From assembly GCF_001194135.2 (NCBI RefSeq), contig NC_068982.1, positions 88,936,796 through 88,990,039 on the forward strand: DNA of 53,244 nucleotides. The letters are read 5' to 3'. Positions 12,624-24,459 of this stretch are shown piece after piece. The notes beneath the pieces are model-generated. The model did no database searches and had not been told where the DNA came from. It saw only the letters and a program-made list of their open reading frames with translations. This DNA is from Octopus bimaculoides. Lineage: Eukaryota. The position numbers and the translations under genes were made by a program. Numbering within the stretch: the first letter of the stretch is position 1; each line of letters opens with the position of its first letter.

Positions 12624-12846
12624 GTTGGCGATGATTTGAAACTGAATTAAAAAACACCACAACAGCTGGACTTTATGGCAACGTTATTTGTTGTTAAGTG
12701 GACGCAGAATCTTACCGTGTTAATTAAATCGTAATGATTATAGATTTATGTTTACATATCGCGAGGTAACATCGACCTATGTTAATACAATATTTGTCTC
12801 AGTCTTAACAATGGTTGATTAGAAGTCTTCCATAAGCTACACACAC

Positions 12847-12884
<38 letters not shown>

Positions 12885-13369
12885 ACACATGCATGCACAC
12901 ATGCATGCACACATGCGCGTTCACATGCACGCACGCATGCCACACAGTTGTGTGTGCGTCTATTTTTAACTGGACAAAGTAATAGATATACGAAAATTTC
13001 ACTTTGCAGCAGAACAATTTCTTGTGTAACATTCTAACGAACTTTACAGCACGAGATTTAATTCTGGTCAGAGTGTTGTGCGGATTACTGTTCCAGAAAC
13101 TCATTTCTATTACGCATCAATTAATCGATTATCATAACCGCTCGAGCACAACTTTTGTCCAATCTAGGAGAGTTAATAAGAAAGTGATCATTATCAGTTA
13201 ATTGGTTAACAGTTTCTAAAAATTCCATTCGTTCAGTTTAGAAGTATTGGCAGCAATACACTGAGTGGGTTTAGTATATGAGTTTCTAATTCTTCCTAAG
13301 CCATAGAATCATAAGACAGGTTTCCCGGATTATGCTGCTTATATATAGAACGGTCCATCGCAGGTTACT

Positions 13370-13460
13370 CATTTCGGCCGAGCAACTAGCCAAAGCAACG
13401 TGAAATGATGTGTTTTGCTCAAGAACACAGTGCATCACCCAGTCTAGGAATTCCACTAAT
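13370..13460 (-). mobile_element. SINE fragment (family D, same as 38005-38130)
   Basis: CAACGTGAAATGATGTGTTTTGCTCAAGAACAC is the reverse complement of a close variant of the 38075-38115 body. Confidence 0.45.
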
Positions 13461-13619
13461 CAACGCGCCTCCAGATGAAACACCTACAAAATCAATACTA
13501 CACAAGTTCGCCGCAGAGTTCTTGAAGCATGATCAGTAAACAAGTGTCACCTTAGTCTACTGGCTGTGGAGAGTTTACACTTTTCATCATTTCCAGCAAC
13601 AGAAGCTGAGAGTTTTCAT

Positions 13620-13681
13620 CAAAGAAGAAGAAGAAGAAGAAGAAGAAGAAGAAGAAGAAGAAGAAGAAGAAGAAGAAGAAG

Positions 13682-13729
<48 letters not shown>

Positions 13730-13760
13730 AATGATTATAATAATAATAGTAATAATAATA
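13620..13760. repeat. Compound microsatellite (AAG)n(AAC)n(AAT)n
   Basis: Direct read. Confidence 0.95.
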
Positions 13761-15350
13761 GTCAAGTTCAATAGAATTAGATGTCGAAACAGTAATAAAA
13801 GAACTTGAGCAGGAACAAACCTATAAATACCTAGGAATAAATGAAGGCTCTGGTATCCTGCATTCAAGCAGGAAAGAGAAGGTTAGGAAGGAATGTTATA
13901 GAAGAGTTCGAGCAGTTCTGAAGTCTGAGCTGAATGCATATAATAAGGTGTTAGCCATAAATTCCTTAGCAGTCCCAGTTGTTCTTTATAGCTTCAATGT
14001 GCTTAACTGGAATTCCAGTGAAATAATGAAAATTGATAGAAAAATCCGCAAGCTACTGACTTGTAATACGATGCACCATCCAAAGGCAGACGCGGATCGT
14101 CTTTACCTTCCCAGAACTCAGGGAGGTCGAGGCTTTATCCAGCTTGAACTTACATACAAAACCACCAGAATCGGTCTGGCCAAATACCTTGAAACAACCA
14201 GCGATTAGATGCTAAAACTTGTTGAAAAACATGAATGACCGAAAAAACCTCACTCTATTCTGAAAGAGAGCAAAAAATTCGCTACGGATCTCTTAGATAC
14301 CCACCAGCTCAATCAAGTTGAAGGAAATGCGCCAACTGCTGTTGCAAAGAAAAGAAAATTAATTGCAAAGACAAAAGCACATGAAAAATTAGCTAGCAGA
14401 TGGGAACAGAAACCTCTGCATGGCAAGTATGTGGCTCGTAGCAAACAAGCTGATATCGACCAGAAACGCACGCATCAATGGTTACGAAGCTCAGGGCTAA
14501 AAGCAGAGAGTGAAGGTTTCATATTAGCTGTTCAAGACCAAAGCTTATTAACCCGGAACTACCAAACCAATGTGATAAAAAATGGAGCTGACTCAAAATG
14601 CCGATTCTGTAATGATGCGATTGAAACTCTAGACCACCTTATCTCAAGGTGTAGAGTGTTAGCACCTGTAGAATATAAAGCAAGACATGACAGAGTCGGC
14701 CAGTATTTACACTGGACAATATGTCGGCATTATAAAATCAAAACCGCTGACAAATGGTATAAACACCATCCTGAAGCTGTGACTGAGGGAGAAAATGTAT
14801 CGATTCTTTGGGACTTCCCCGTACATACCGACAAGGCTATAAAAGCTAGTAAACCTGATATTATTATAAAAGATCAGACAAAGAAAACGTGTTTATTAAT
14901 TGACATGAGTATTCCCTCTGATCATAATATAGCGGCGAAAGAATTTGACAAGATCAGTAAATATAAAGACTAGCTAATAGAAATTGAAAAAATGTGGCAC
15001 CTCAAGGCGACTACCGTACCAGTGATTGTAGGATCTCTAGGAATGATAAAAAAAAGGTACTGAAACCTATTTGAAAATGATACCAGGCTTACCATCCCTA
15101 CAGGAAGTGCAAAAAATCGTGTTAACTGGAACGACTCATGTACTAAGAAGAGCATTATCGCTTTGAAAACAACATCCATTCATGAATTTATTTATTTATT
15201 ATTATTTATTTTTTACATACATATTTTACCTGTGAATTTGCCTGTTTAAACTGGGAATGCATACAATGAGCTTCTCTGCCCTAGGTGTACGGAAAACACT
15301 CGGCGAGAAATGGAAGAAAGTTTGAAGAAAGATGAAAAAATAAATAAATA
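13761..15350 (+). mobile_element. R4/Dong-type LINE, 5'-truncated, best-preserved copy
   Basis: Mostly colinear frames with a few stops and at least one frameshift near the end: EQTYKYLGINE...NKVLAINSLAVPV...MHHPKADADRLYLPRTQGGRG...KPLHGKY...CRFCNDAIETLDHLISRC...ILWDFPVHTD...KPDIIIKD...LLIDMSIP...KEFDKISKYKD...THVLRRALSL* (stop 15166). Then a 3' UTR and (TAAA)n(TAA)n tail. Confidence 0.92.
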
Positions 15351-15358
15351 AATGAATA

Positions 15359-15424
<66 letters not shown>
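15351..15424. repeat. (TAAA)n/(TAA)n tail or target array
   Basis: Direct read. Confidence 0.9.
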
Positions 15425-15429
<5 letters not shown>

Positions 15430-15980
15430 CCCTGATGCAGTAACAGTGACTCTCATGGCTTCTGATCTTAACTGACTGGAAGTGTTATCATGTACATTGT
15501 TTTTTTTTTCTTGGTATAAAAGGTAGGCTACAGCAAATATTCTGCTGAATACCACAGATTTGCTTGTCAGTTGTTTGAACTTAACCAGTTGAGTATCTCC
15601 CTTAATGGCTGACGATATGTATATCTCTGATCACGAGCAGAACTAGTGCAGGAGTATCATAGCCATGTTTTGAGAGGAATTCTTTGGGAGTTCGGATAAT
15701 TCACCACTGGAAACATGTGCGCTTCGTTCATCATCTTTAAACAACCCTTATTCATGGACCTTTTGAGCGGAATGGGCTACTCGACCCGAAGTTAATACTA
15801 ACTGGACCCTACCTGCAAGGTCATGCGCTGTTTATCTTGATATGAGATCACTATGTTGCGCACATATGGTTGTGATACGTGTGCCTGGTGTACTCGTATC
15901 AGACGGGTAGTCCTGATGGGTATACCGGGCTTCAAACATTTGTGCCTTTTTGTCAGCTTGATGGCTTGCACTGCTCTCTC
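15425..15980 (+). mobile_element. ~560-590 bp non-coding interspersed repeat bounded by (TAA)n, copy 1
   Basis: Reverse-complement homolog of 26474-27060 and 41883-42133. No ORF and no tRNA boxes. Strand is assigned from the TAA-tail polarity. Confidence 0.8.
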
Positions 15981-16039
<59 letters not shown>

Positions 16040-16066
16040 TAATAACAATAATAATAATAATATTAA
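15981..16066. repeat. (AAT)n microsatellite
   Basis: Direct read. Confidence 0.95.
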
Positions 16067-16069
16067 TTA

Positions 16070-16665
16070 TATATGTTTGACTTTTAGTTGTCATTTGTAC
16101 AAGAGACCTTAAGAGACAAGTTAGAAATTCAATTAGTAAAATGTTTAGTGTGCCATATTTCTAGAGAATATCTGTCAAAACATAAGAAAATTAGAAGTTT
16201 GTTTTGTAAGTAATTTCCTAACATGATATTGTGACATTAAGATGACTTTAAGATGTTTCTCCTTTGCTATTATCTACATTTAAAAGTACTTTTGACGAAG
16301 TTTACAGATTAAAATGTTTTTGGAATCACATAAACAATATTTTTTGTAAGATATGAGCAGTTTCCATGGGCACTATTATTTGAATTTCTTCCATTTTGGG
16401 ATCTCCTGGTATCTGAAGCAGGTAGCAATCAATCCCTTTTCCTATCATTCATAGGGCACCTATGACAACAGGTATTGCTTTTGCCTTGAAATTTCACATT
16501 CTGCCAATTTCTATTTCAAGATCTTTATATTTGCTTAGTTTGGGATAGGTCTTGACTGATACACTTATGTCGATTGGGACAGTTGTATCGATGAGGAGGC
16601 ATGACTTTTGTCTAAAATTCTTCAATATAATGTCTGGCTTATTTGCTTCTATCTTTCTGTCGGAG
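16070..16665 (-). mobile_element. R4/Dong-type LINE 3' end (RLE plus 3' UTR)
   Basis: ORF 16494-16700 (SDRKIEANKPDIILKNFRQKSCLLIDTTVPID...KYKDLEIEIGRM). Same C-terminal family as 4200-4500. Confidence 0.8.
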
Positions 16666-16942
16666 ATACACTGAATCAATCGAGATTTATATACACACAT
16701 ACAAATAGCTAGCTAGCTAGATAGATAGATATGTATACATACATCATTGTTTTATGCAAAATAAATATTGTAAAAAGAAAGCAGGGACATTGCTTTGGTA
16801 AGCAGCTCACTGAGTTACAACTGACTAGCGTTCTTAAAAACACTGCAAACCCGAGAAGAATCATTTGACTGGACGGCATAAAAGCACAGAACATTCAATT
16901 ATGGTGGGTGGACTAGAACGAACTATAGTACACGCTCACACG

Positions 16943-16986
<44 letters not shown>

Positions 16987-17478
16987 CACGCACGCACGCA
17001 TGCACACAAGCGCGTGCGCATGATGTATATATGATGTATCGATATGTTTATGTACGTATGCGTATGTCGTTCTTCTTCTCTCAAACTCCAAATTTTCGGT
17101 TTGTTTTCTGGCACAAAATTCCCTTTACTTGTTTTATCCTTTATTCAGAGGTGAAAAGTGTGCCTAACACTCTTAACAGGGTCTCTGAGACTAGAATGCT
17201 TGTAACAGAGTGAACACCCCTAAACGTACCAAAGATGACGGATGGGGTTGTTGAACCAGCTGACAAATTAAATATACTGCTTAAAGAAGAGCCATGGTAG
17301 GATTTGAACTCAAAACATAAGGAACCGGAACAGATATCGCAAAGACAAAGTTTTCAATTATTTTAAATTACTTTATCTTCCTAAAAAAAAAGAGTTATAG
17401 CAAATCTAATATAAGCATTTTGGTAAGATTAATGAGCAAATATCACCATCTAAATTATAACGCGGAATTTAGAAGAAA

Positions 17479-17618
17479 ATATTCTTTTCTACTCTAGGCA
17501 CAAGGCCCGAAATTTTGGGACTGGGGCGTCAGTCGATTGCATCGACTCCAGTGCGCAACTGGTAGTTAATTCATCGACCCCGAAAGGATAAAAAGCAAAG
17601 TCGACCTCGGTGGAATTT
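17479..17618 (-). mobile_element. SINE family B, 3' part
   Basis: Aligns to 28750-28892. Confidence 0.8.
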
Positions 17619-19433
17619 TAGAGGAAAATATTGCGTATATATATGTTCTTGAGCGGCAATGTACTTTAATATGAAACAAAATTAACTGCAGCTATGAGAT
17701 AACATTTCACTTGAAAATAGTATAAAGAAAAATTTAACTCTTTCAATGGCGGGTAATTTTTTTCGTGCTAAGAGTATTTACTTGGAATGATTTTTAGCTC
17801 TTTAGTTTTTAGCCTAATATTTCTTTTAATCTTTATAGGTTAGAAATATGCTGAAGCGTTGACAATAGTTTTATTTTTTTTATTTCACTTTCATTCAAAT
17901 GGTTATAGTCATATATTTTAGGCATTATAAAAAAAGTCATACTGTAGTACATTTTTTTTTATCCAGTGTTTATATTCATATTTTATTGTTTGTTTTAACC
18001 ACGGCTAGAACGGGAGATGCTGAAACATCGTTACCACTGTTGATTTTTTTAGGATGAAGCAACAAGAATCCTTCTATGAGGTTGCTTATTCTACCAGAAA
18101 TACAACCCAAATTTACGTTAGCTAATACCTGTTTAAACTGAGAATTAACTAATAACTTACTGTTTTGAAAAGGGAGGGACACGTTGATTGATGTAGTCCT
18201 AGACATACGATGCTAAAAGACAATTACAGACTAGAAAACCTTTAATCATAGGTTTGCCGCAACTTTATATGTGAAACGCAATAAATTGGAAATTTAGTAT
18301 GCATGGAATTTAATTTTGAAGTTAGTCGAGAAGCAACTATTCGTCTGTGAGTAGGGGGCCAAATAAAGCAAGTAGGAAGTTTAATTACTTGAACTTGCTT
18401 TGTGTTTAATAGATCGATGTTAATTATGATAGAACTGATTTCATGTCTGATAAATTACTATGACATTTTCTGACCAACATTTTATTTGACTCATGCTGTT
18501 ATGATTATTCCCTAAAACGATATAGTCATTATTGCATAACAGTTTTCGCTGTCAACGTTCTCTTCATCAAGTGAAAGCATTTCTCCCACGCCTTTCATTT
18601 CCTTTCATAAATTGAAATATAACTATATATATATATATGATTACTGGTTGGGAATGTTAACTGGCTGGTTGGTTTTGTTGGTTAGTTTGTTGGTTTTGCT
18701 GGTGGCTTATTTGATGTTCAGATGATTGGATTATCGGTTGAATAATTACTTTCGGAAACAAATGAGTTGGGTGATTTACCGGTTGCTTTCTCAAAGAAAA
18801 TGGCATTAATTGTGGTAATAGGCATAGATTAAAACGGTAACTTCGCAGAGAACAGAAGCATCAGTAGTCAAATTAAAGTTTCTAAGTTCAAGGACCTTAA
18901 ATTTCAAGACTTATCACGAGATATAGGTTTGACTAGTCGTTATTGGCGTTTGTTTAGCTCAAAGTCTACCCTGTTTTAGCAGGCTCGTTAACGTTCTGTA
19001 ATATAGTATAAGACTACCTTCTTAAATGCATACTTTCGTTCTAATGCTTCCTTATAGGAATTGAGGGAAATTTGACTTCTAACTACCGAATCACCACTTA
19101 GAAGTAATGTTTGCATCAGCATGTACCGGAAATGTACCGGAAAGTATCTTTAGAGTTTAAATATACGTTGTTATCGTTTTGTAAGAACGTGGGTATCTAC
19201 CAGTGAGTATATAACAAATCTTGCTGTTATTTCTGCATCGTGTTGTTAGATCTAATTCCATCTGGAATTTCATTGCTTCTAGCTATAGAAGCAAATTAAG
19301 TCCCAGAACGAGTTGACTGAATGCACAAGTTTGGACGTTGATGATTTGGCACAGCTAACTAAACGGGCAGCAATATTTTTGGTGCTGGTGGCAAATATAC
19401 GTCTGTGCAGAAATATACACTTACAGAGAAATA

Positions 19434-19525
19434 GAGTGAGAGAGCGAGAAAGAGAGAGAGAAAGAAAGAGAGAGAGAGAGAGAAAGAGAGAAAGAGAGAG
19501 AGAGAGAACGAGAAGGAGGGGATGA
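19434..19525. repeat. (GA)n purine tract
   Basis: Direct read. Confidence 0.9.
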
Positions 19526-19846
19526 GAAAACTATTAAACGAGAGAAGCCTTTTATGTCAAATAAATTAGCGTTTAATCAGCGACGCCAGAACGGCTGTAC
19601 CAAGACGTCTCATACCAGTTAAACTCACAAGCGAAATACAACTGCAGTAGCAATGATAAAGCTTGTCTATTCCAGCCCTATATCCATCAATGGCAAGTAC
19701 ATCGTAACATAAGTTTGTGTTATGTGAAGATGACAAATATTTAACTCATAGAAAATTTTTAAAGGTAGGCTTTCACAGCATATTCGCATCATCAGAAATA
19801 GAAATAAAAGACCCCCCCCCNNNNNNNNNNNNNNNNNNNNNNNNNN

Positions 19847-19890
<44 letters not shown>

Positions 19891-21163
19891 TATTTAGAGT
19901 TTGAAGTAAAAACACTAAATCGTATTTGAATTCATAACATTTTACTATAAAATATCGAACTACTGACTTTCTAATGATAAAAGTTAAGATTGTTATCGCC
20001 CGGCAATAACACTGGAGTCTCAGACTGAAAATGTGAGTAAAGATAATCTAAAAAGCAATAAAAAGAATAAGAAAAAGAAAAAAGTGACGGTGGAAAGAAA
20101 ATAATGCCGTTGAAAGTAGTGCAGAGCTGCATATTATGTCTCTTTTTAAATTATTTTTCCTTGTCGTAGTGCATTTGAATGAATGGTTCTCCTTCGCTTC
20201 CGAGACCTTTGGACCTGAAGTTGTTATTATACCTGTTGAATAGTTTTAAATTGATGGCTACGAGTAAAATACATGATGAGAAAATCTCATGAGCTGACAT
20301 TTTATGGGGAAATAATTGGCATCTAGTGTATGGAGCTGGATTATAGTAAGGGAGAGACGTGTAATTTGAGAAGATGAGTGCAGAACAGTTTCCTGTATTA
20401 GTCTTCAAGTGAGAAATCCATCTTTATTATTAAGAAATATCTAACGTACGTTAGCATTGACACTGTGTGAGGGTGCATATATATACTTACAAATTTCTGA
20501 CAGTAACAGATCTCCCCTGCGCATGATCAAACGAAGAATGAGAACTTCCGGATAGGCCTGAATGTTGCTTTGATTTTCCCCATAAAGAAGGAACCATGCG
20601 ACCGATGATAATTTATTTTTGCGGGTGCTTTTTACCATGCTTTGTAACTAAATGTGATCGTACTTCCTACCCGAAATACAAACTGTAAGCAGTGATTAAT
20701 ATATGTACGCGTATATGCATGTGTAATATGGATATACCTGTGTATAAAATATATAAATGCAGATGTGTGCATGTACATGTGTGAGTGTGAAACCACTTTT
20801 GTATACGACATATAAAACATAACAAATTGAATGTTTTTATCCGTAAGATTCAATCCTCGAGCAGCAATAGCGATCGGTACATTTAACACTTCACCGCCAA
20901 TAACATGTCATAGCATATAGTTACATTTAAAATTGCTTTATGACTACAACTCATTCTTCCATTGATGAGATTGAATCAGCTGTCGGAGCAGCCTGTATCT
21001 ACCGTAAATAGTTACTTCTTAATGTGTTTTAGCTATGTACTAAATTACATTAGTTCAGCACAACTCTTGAGTATTGAAGATCTTGTTGCTGTTACATAAC
21101 GATATGTTGAAACACATGTGTGTGTGCTTGTGTGGGTGGATGTGTAGTGTGTATGTGTGTGTG

Positions 21164-21239
<76 letters not shown>

Positions 21240-21279
21240 CAAAATAGCTCCACTCGCTTCTCCATCGAATAGACCATCA

Positions 21280-21560
21280 TTGACATGACTCCACCTTACT
21301 TGCCCGGCGCCAGCTCTGTCTCTCCAAAAGACTGCATATTCTCCATCAGCATGCAGTATCTATCAATGGGAAATACAAATTATTGCTGTTAACAAAGGTA
21401 CTCCTTCTTGGTGAACTTCAAACTACTGGCCACCGACAGCGCAGATATACCAACTTAACAATAGCTGAAACTCAACACTAGCTTCCCTACATCACAGGAA
21501 AGGGTTCTCAACCACTGATGCCCACACAGATCAAAGACTCATCTTCTCACTTTATGCATT
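21280..21560 (+). mobile_element. Probable RTE-clade LINE 3' relic
   Basis: STLLARRQLCL...TKVLLLGELQTTGHRQRRYTNL resembles the RTE C-terminus (RRLR..GH...K.LL.GE...G.R..GR..RY.D). Highly decayed. Confidence 0.4.
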
Positions 21561-21753
21561 CCCCGTCATCGCCTTCGTTCGCCTACATATACATAAGTCT
21601 GCGCACATATACATCTATGTACGTATGCTTTTCCTCTTTTTCTAAAACTACCAAACCTAAATCCAATGCCAAATTCCACCCCATCTCAGTAGCACTGTTG
21701 CAACCGCACTAGTATACACCAGTCAAGCCCTCACAGAAACATCAAAAATATAC

Positions 21754-21929
21754 ATAGGCGCAGGAGTGGCTGTGTGGTAAGTAGCTTGCTTACCAACCAC
21801 ATGGTTCCGGGTTCAGTCCCACTGCGTGGCACATTGGGCAAGTGTTTTCTACTATAGCCTCGGGCCGACCAAAGCCTTGTGAGTGGATTTGGTAGACGGA
21901 AACTGAAAGAAGCCCGTCGTATATATGTG

Positions 21930-21981
<52 letters not shown>

Positions 21982-22180
21982 TGTGTCTGTGTTTGTCCTC
22001 CTAGCATTGCTTGACAACCGATGCTGGTGTGTTTATGTCCCCGTAACTTTGCGGTGGGCAAAAAGATACCGATAGAATAAGTACTAGGCTTACAAAGAAT
22101 AAGTCCCGGGGTCGATTTGCTCGACTAAAGGCGGTGCTCCAGCATGGCCGCAGTCAAATGACTGAAACAAGTAAAAAGAG
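21754..22180 (+). mobile_element. tRNA-derived SINE family A, full length, with internal (TA)n(TG)n
   Basis: Head ATAGGCGCAGGAGTGGCTGTGTGGTAAG (A-box-like) and GGGTTCAGTCCC (B-box-like), body, internal microsatellite, and tail ...CAGTCAAATGACTGAAACAAGTAAAAAGAG. Confidence 0.9.
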
Positions 22181-22439
22181 TATATATATGTACAACCGTG
22201 CATGCACCAGATAAAAACACGCACGCACGGATACACGTTCTTCCAGACAATCAAGCACTCACTCATGTGTATGCATAAAAGTTACGTATTTCTGTAGTCT
22301 TATGGTGGTTAACAGGCTAACTGAACCCGACGAGCTAAGTTTCTGTAAGAAGTCTACGAAACTGTAAGTCACACAGGGCGGAATTAAACTGTTTTAAGTA
22401 ACACACACACACACACACAAACCACAGACAGGCAGGCAG

Positions 22440-22441
22440 GC

Positions 22442-22501
<60 letters not shown>

Positions 22502-22502
22502 T

Positions 22503-22564
<62 letters not shown>

Positions 22565-22574
22565 NNNNNNNNNN

Positions 22575-22615
<41 letters not shown>

Positions 22616-22616
22616 T

Positions 22617-22674
<58 letters not shown>

Positions 22675-22675
22675 C

Positions 22676-22713
<38 letters not shown>
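22440..22713. repeat. (GATA)n tetranucleotide array
   Basis: Direct read; contains a short N gap. Confidence 0.95.
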
Positions 22714-22714
<1 letters not shown>

Positions 22715-24459
22715 GTTCCTAATATCCTTCTACTGAAATCCATGAGCTTCATGTATAAATTATATTATGCATATGAGTCGTATACAAATTGCTTATTTGT
22801 CTGTTAGAATCAATCGTCGGACGGTAACTGCACTTGCTATACAAAATAACCTTTCTTCTTCACCACTAATAACATGATTGCACCATTGATGTTTTTAAGG
22901 AACTACTGCATGCATATAAATAATTTCTCTACTGATAAATTTAAATTAGCAATCAAAACACGATACCTCTATCGGTAACAATTTAATTCATTGAATTTAC
23001 TGCTGCTTTTCCGAACCTCCCAATGTATTTTTATATATATACTTGCATGTGTATCAAATCAGATTATTGTAGTTTTTACATTAGGGCACTGAGTGCTCTG
23101 TATCGGTTACGTAAACATTGGTAAGAGGAAGAAAGCGTGAGATAGAGATGGTAAGAGGGAGAAAATAAAAATACAAGAGAGGGGGAGAAGGAGGAGAAAG
23201 AAAGGGAGATTGATTAAGGGTTGAGAAGAGGGCGGAAATTTTTACGGTAAAACAAATAAGGATTCAAAGACATGATGAGAATATGCGAGATAACATTATA
23301 TGCAGAACAGAAAGAGCCAAGAAATATTAGAAACAAAGAGATGCATAAAATGAACCGAAAGTAAAATTGCATTAACAAAAGGCGGTGCAAACAATCTATT
23401 TACTTGAATAACATATACAAATGATAGCTGTAACATTCTATGCCCTGATACTGAACGTGATTAAGTCAATTTGACCTTAATTAATAATTTCTTTTGATTA
23501 GGATCGTGTCTTTATTCGAAAGTAATTAGAATAATGATTCAAACGACGATGATACTGTTATTGGGCGATATATTGTTAGCGAATTGGATTCACAGGCCTA
23601 TTTCTATTCCCTATTAAAGCTCCATTTCTCCGATAATTACCCATTGAATATAATCAATTTAGATATTAGGTGTTGCATTTATATAACGCAACTACACCAA
23701 TTACGGACTCTGAGATCACCGCCGTGAATTAGCATATTCCTCAAGAACGTTGAGTTGCGTTTTAGAGATTGAAATTTAACTCTATATTCTTAGGGTTTAA
23801 TGTTAAAGTAATTAATTTTCTAAGAAAATTACTTTTTCTGCTTTGTTATTTACATTCTTGTTTGTATCTTCTTAAATTTATCTCTCCCTCCCGATCTATA
23901 ACTTTTAGCTCGTTATCTGAGAATTTCATGCTGCATGTTTGTGTTTCTGTTCGTATATTTAAAACTAGCCCTTATAGTAATCGTATATTTCAGTGATGAG
24001 TAGAATTATGTGTCACCTAGGCATTTGACTAGGTATATGCAGAATCCAGTAGTAAAACTTACATCCAAATTAATACTCTTTCTTCTGTCGTTTTCCAATC
24101 TTTCACGTTTTCTCGCACACCTTCACATATACGGGTTCTTTACACTTACTCGTATAAACCGTAAAAACCCATGTAATTTAAGTATTTTTTTCGCAAAAAT
24201 AAAAATAAATTTTAGGGGTGCATAAATTACGTGAGTAGATCTCTTCCAAAATTTAAAAAACAATTTTTGTTGAGAAAAGATGTACAAGACATAAACAATC
24301 GTACCGAAAGTTGACTCATTTAATGTCGGAATAGGTTTTTACCGAAAAAAGTAATGGCTTAGATATAATGATCTTCATTTTATTTATACTGGACGGTATA
24401 ATGCTTACTTTTTCTGTATAAATTTATTAAAACCATTGAAGAGTTAACTACTCTTTTTG

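Noticed and set aside
13566-13867. Poly-R/T/I, poly-N, poly-Y/H and HT/CV/YI ORFs here and elsewhere
   Set aside because: Translations of microsatellites with no splice or codon evidence.
15425-15660. HDV-like or hammerhead ribozyme at the 5' end of the 580-bp element
   Set aside because: By hand, GCCCTGA/TCATGGC can pair but there is no P1.1 GG. CTGACGA at ~15609 has no GAAA partner. Left for a computational search.
17976-18206. 76 aa ORF, or a small plus-strand exon (MKQQESFYEVAY...)
   Set aside because: No recognisable homology and a weak donor site.
19760-19796. CTGATGA...GAAA on the minus strand
   Set aside because: Helix II is weak and there is no helix III or cleavage triplet, so it is a chance match.
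22440-22713. Regular array as a CRISPR or satellite-like system
   Set aside because: Pure (GATA)n without spacers. The repeated GATT variant on both sides of the gap may be scaffold overlap.
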